This document shows positions 60,919 to 64,000 of a DNA stretch of 64,000 nt, piece by piece. The DNA lies in assembly GCA_963666345.1 (NCBI GenBank), contig OY762721.1, forward strand, positions 1,408,001 through 1,472,000, read 5' to 3'. Both the position numbers and the translations under genes were made by a program. Within the stretch, counting starts at the first letter, position 1; each line of letters starts with the position of its first letter. The notes under the pieces are model-generated. The model saw only the letters and a program-made list of their open reading frames with translations. It did no database searches and had not been told where the DNA came from. This stretch comes from Desulfatiglandales bacterium. Its GTDB lineage: Bacteria; Desulfobacterota; DSM-4660; Desulfatiglandales; Desulfatiglandaceae.

Positions 60919-62238
60919 ATGAAGAAGGTGCTTGTTGTAGATAATGACCGCCTTTTACTTGAATTCATGAAGGATGTCCTTTCCGAAAAAGGGATGGAGG
61001 TTCTTACCGCTGAAGACGGTCTTATGGCCCTTGATATCCTCAGGACATTCAGGCCCGATTTCATCTTTGTCGATCTCATCATGCCCAATATCGACGGAAG
61101 AAAACTGTGCAGACTGATACGGGCTATGGATGAAATAGACAGCCACCTGATAGTCCTTTCGGCCGTTGTTTCTGAAGATGAAGACGGCATTACCGGTCTT
61201 GATGCGGATGCGTGCATTGCCAAAGGCCCTTTCGATTTTATGGCCGGACAAGTCATGTCGATCATAAACGATCCTGAAATTATCGATTACAAAACAAATG
61301 CCTGCAAATTATTCAACTCAGATAACATTCATCCCAGAGAGATCACAAAGGAACTTCTTTTTATAAAAAGGCATTTTGAGATTGTGCTGGAAAATATGTC
61401 GGACGGGATCATTGAGATCAATGAAAACAGGAGGGTCATATACGCGAACAATGTGGCCGTCTCTCTTTTCGGCCTGCCTGAGGTAAGGCTCTTGGGTGCT
61501 GAATTCTCCCGGCTTTTCTCCGGAGATGACAGGGATCGCGCGGTAAGATTTCTGGACAAGGCAAAAAGTCATCCGGTTTCCCTGTCAGACGATGAGACCA
61601 TGAAGTTGAACGGTTTTCTCGTTTTGCTGGATATAATACCTGTCAAAAACAACGGCCCGAATTCAATAATAATAGTCAGGGACGTCACCAAACGGAAAAC
61701 CGCTGAAAAGGCCCTCAGGGAAAACGAGCAAAAATACCGGATTATGAGCATAACCGATGGACTTACCGGTCTTCATAATTCCAGGTATTTTTCCCACCAG
61801 CTGAAGGCTGAAGTGGACAGGGCGGCAAGGTACGGGCATCCCCTTTCCCTTCTGCTGATGGACCTGGATGACTTCAAAAGCTATAATGACAGATATGGTC
61901 ATGTTAAGGGTGATGACGCGCTCACCAGGGTGGCGCAGATAACCAGGGAATCCCTGAGGCACTCCGACTCCGCTTACAGATACGGAGGGGAGGAATTCAC
62001 GGTGATCCTTCCCGAGACAGGTGTCAAGGATGCCGCCCTTGTGGCGGAAAGGATCAGAAAAGGCATTGAATCAGAGGAGTTTGATATCAAAGAGGGTGAA
62101 AAGGCAACCCTTACGGCCAGCGTAGGGGTGGGCCAGTACAGGCGGAAAGAAAACTTCATGGATCTCCTCAAAAGGATTGACAAACACATGTATGAGGCCA
62201 AAAGACAGGGCAAAAACATGGTTTATTTTGAACAGTAA
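60919..62238 (+). CDS. diguanylate cyclase (REC-PAS-GGDEF)
   Basis: VLVVD...DLIMP receiver, PAS, DGLTGL, DLDDFK, RYGGEEF. Confidence 0.93.
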   Translation: MKKVLVVDNDRLLLEFMKDVLSEKGMEVLTAEDGLMALDILRTFRPDFIFVDLIMPNIDGRKLCRLIRAMDEIDSHLIVLSAVVSEDEDGITGLDADACIAKGPFDFMAGQVMSIINDPEIIDYKTNACKLFNSDNIHPREITKELLFIKRHFEIVLENMSDGIIEINENRRVIYANNVAVSLFGLPEVRLLGAEFSRLFSGDDRDRAVRFLDKAKSHPVSLSDDETMKLNGFLVLLDIIPVKNNGPNSIIIVRDVTKRKTAEKALRENEQKYRIMSITDGLTGLHNSRYFSHQLKAEVDRAARYGHPLSLLLMDLDDFKSYNDRYGHVKGDDALTRVAQITRESLRHSDSAYRYGGEEFTVILPETGVKDAALVAERIRKGIESEEFDIKEGEKATLTASVGVGQYRRKENFMDLLKRIDKHMYEAKRQGKNMVYFEQ

Positions 62239-62255
62239 GTCTGCCTTTCCATGGT

Positions 62256-64000
62256 TCAGGAGATCTTATCTCCCGGAATCTGCTCACCGTCGAATGTAAC
62301 CAAGCCGACTCTTCCCGCATCTCCTCCCGCCAGTATCATGCCTTCGGAGACCCCGAATTTCATCTTTCTCGGTTTGAGATTGGCCACTACCGTGACCTTT
62401 TTGCCTACCAGCAGATCAGGCTGAGGGTAAGCGGACCTGATCCCCGCGAATATCTGTCTGGGCCGGCCCTCCCCCAGGTCCACCATAAGCCTTATCAGCT
62501 TTCTGGCACCTTCAACAAGGGAAGCCTCTTTCACGATTCCGACTCTCAGATCGATCCTGGAAAAATCATCTATGGTAATCTGATCCTTGACAGGCTCAAG
62601 GTCCTTCCCTGCTCCCTCCTGCATGGAACCACCTTTTTCGGCTCCAGATTCCTCGCCCTTTCCGGATGCCTTTTTGTCCTTACCCTCCGATTTCCGTATC
62701 TTGGCCCAGGTATCCCTGAGTGTCACTGTCCGGTTGAAAACCGGCGTCTCATCCGTGGAATCGGGATCAACGCAAAAATAACCGAGCCTTTCAAACTGAT
62801 ATATGGTTCCCGGCTCAGCACCTCTGAGGGAGGGCTCAACAGGACACGCCTTAAGGCTCACGAGTGAATTCGGGTTCAGATGTGTCTTGAAATCCTCCCC
62901 TACCGGGTTTTCCTTTACGAACAGGCGGTCGTACAGCCGCACCTCCGCCTTAAGTGCATGCGATGCGGACACCCAGTGAAGAGTGGCCTTTACCCTCCTT
63001 CCGTCAGGGGCGTCCCCCCCTCTGGTGGAAGGATCATATGTGCAGCGCAGTTCGACTATCTCTCCGGTGTCTTTGTCTTTGACGACATCCGTGCAGGTTA
63101 TAAAGTAGGCGTAACGAAGTCGAACCTCACGGCCAGGGGCCAGACGGAAGAATTTCTTCGGAGGATCCTCCATGAAATCATCCCTCTCTATGTAGATAAC
63201 CTTTGAGAAGGGAACCTTCCTTTTCCCCGTGCCGGGATCTTCAGGGTTATTTACCGCCTCGATCTCCTCTTCGCCGTCTTCCGGATAATTTTCTATGACC
63301 ACCTTCAAGGGATTCAGTACCGCCATTACGCGACGCGCCGATATGTTCAGGTCCTCCCTGACACTGTATTCGAGCAGGGCCATATCCACCATGCTCTCTC
63401 TTTTTGCCACCCCGATCCGGTTACAGAAATTTCTTATCGAAGCGGGAGAATAACCCCGCCTCCTGAGCCCCGATATAGTGGGCATCCTCGGGTCATCCCA
63501 TCCGTTTACATCTCCGTCTTTAACCAGCTTGAGCAGCATCCGTTTGCTCATGACGGTATAGGTAAGATTGAGGCGGGCGAACTCTATCTGCTGCGGATGA
63601 TATACCTCCAGTTCATCCAGAAACCAGTCATAGAGAGGCCTGTGATCCTCAAACTCCAGGGTGCATATGGAATGAGTTATTCCCTCAATTGAATCGGACA
63701 GACAGTGGGTGAAATCATACATCGGGTAAATGCACCAGTTTTCACCGGTCCGGTGGTGTTTTGATCTCAGGATTCTGAAAATAACAGGGTCCCGCATATT
63801 GAGATTGGGAGCCGCCATATCGATCTTTGCGCGCAATGTCTTGGATCCGTCTTCGAACTCGCCCCCGCGCATGCGGGTGAAAAGGTCGATGTTTTCCTCA
63901 ACGGTTCTTTGTCTGTACGGACTGTCTGTTCCCTTTTCCGTCAAAGTGCCCCGGTATTTTCTTATCTCCTCCGCGCTAAGATCACAAACGTAGGCCTTGC
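62256..64000 (-). CDS. glnS: glutamine--tRNA ligase with C-terminal tRNA-binding OB domain (5' end beyond window)
   Basis: [53 protein letters not shown], then [10 protein letters not shown]...[19 protein letters not shown]. Confidence 0.95.
   Translation of the reverse strand, partial: KAYVCDLSAEEIRKYRGTLTEKGTDSPYRQRTVEENIDLFTRMRGGEFEDGSKTLRAKIDMAAPNLNMRDPVIFRILRSKHHRTGENWCIYPMYDFTHCLSDSIEGITHSICTLEFEDHRPLYDWFLDELEVYHPQQIEFARLNLTYTVMSKRMLLKLVKDGDVNGWDDPRMPTISGLRRRGYSPASIRNFCNRIGVAKRESMVDMALLEYSVREDLNISARRVMAVLNPLKVVIENYPEDGEEEIEAVNNPEDPGTGKRKVPFSKVIYIERDDFMEDPPKKFFRLAPGREVRLRYAYFITCTDVVKDKDTGEIVELRCTYDPSTRGGDAPDGRRVKATLHWVSASHALKAEVRLYDRLFVKENPVGEDFKTHLNPNSLVSLKACPVEPSLRGAEPGTIYQFERLGYFCVDPDSTDETPVFNRTVTLRDTWAKIRKSEGKDKKASGKGEESGAEKGGSMQEGAGKDLEPVKDQITIDDFSRIDLRVGIVKEASLVEGARKLIRLMVDLGEGRPRQIFAGIRSAYPQPDLLVGKKVTVVANLKPRKMKFGVSEGMILAGGDAGRVGLVTFDGEQIPGDKIS

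Overview
Bacterial chromosomal window; gene content and repeat style suggest Desulfobacterota (inference). The left ~45 kb is accessory DNA built around tRNA-Glu(TTC) attachment sites. Two identical 65-bp tRNA-Glu 3'-half repeats (2216-2280 on -, 35067-35131 on +) lie in INVERTED orientation, each next to an inward-pointing paralogous tyrosine integrase, and bracket ~33 kb. Inside that segment: (1) a five-gene defence operon combining DptF/G/H-like (MAD6-C/MAD7/MAD8-like) proteins with a type I-like N6-MTase and specificity subunit, but no kinase, HsdR or Dnd genes; (2) two integron-like cassettes with no intI; (3) a DUF932 pseudogene and an orphan HigA; (4) a six-gene radical-SAM/sugar-kinase/nucleotidyltransferase cluster of unknown product bounded by copies of a thrice-repeated ~80-bp G-run motif; (5) a phage-satellite-like core (int, xis, D5/P4 helicase-primase, iterons, a perfect 28-bp-arm palindrome). 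Left of it an ammonium-transporter 3' fragment is fused to a third integrase fragment. To the right are a YhaO/YhaN Mre11-Rad50-like pair, an AAA/DUF4143 ATPase, a DUF488 pair, two MITE-like elements, a structured ORF-less element, and then mostly ordinary genes (DEAD helicase, PBP+MCP, flavodoxin, RND efflux, MFS, DUF89, diguanylate cyclase, and glnS with a C-terminal tRNA-binding domain). All family calls come from motif recognition by eye; no database searches were run.
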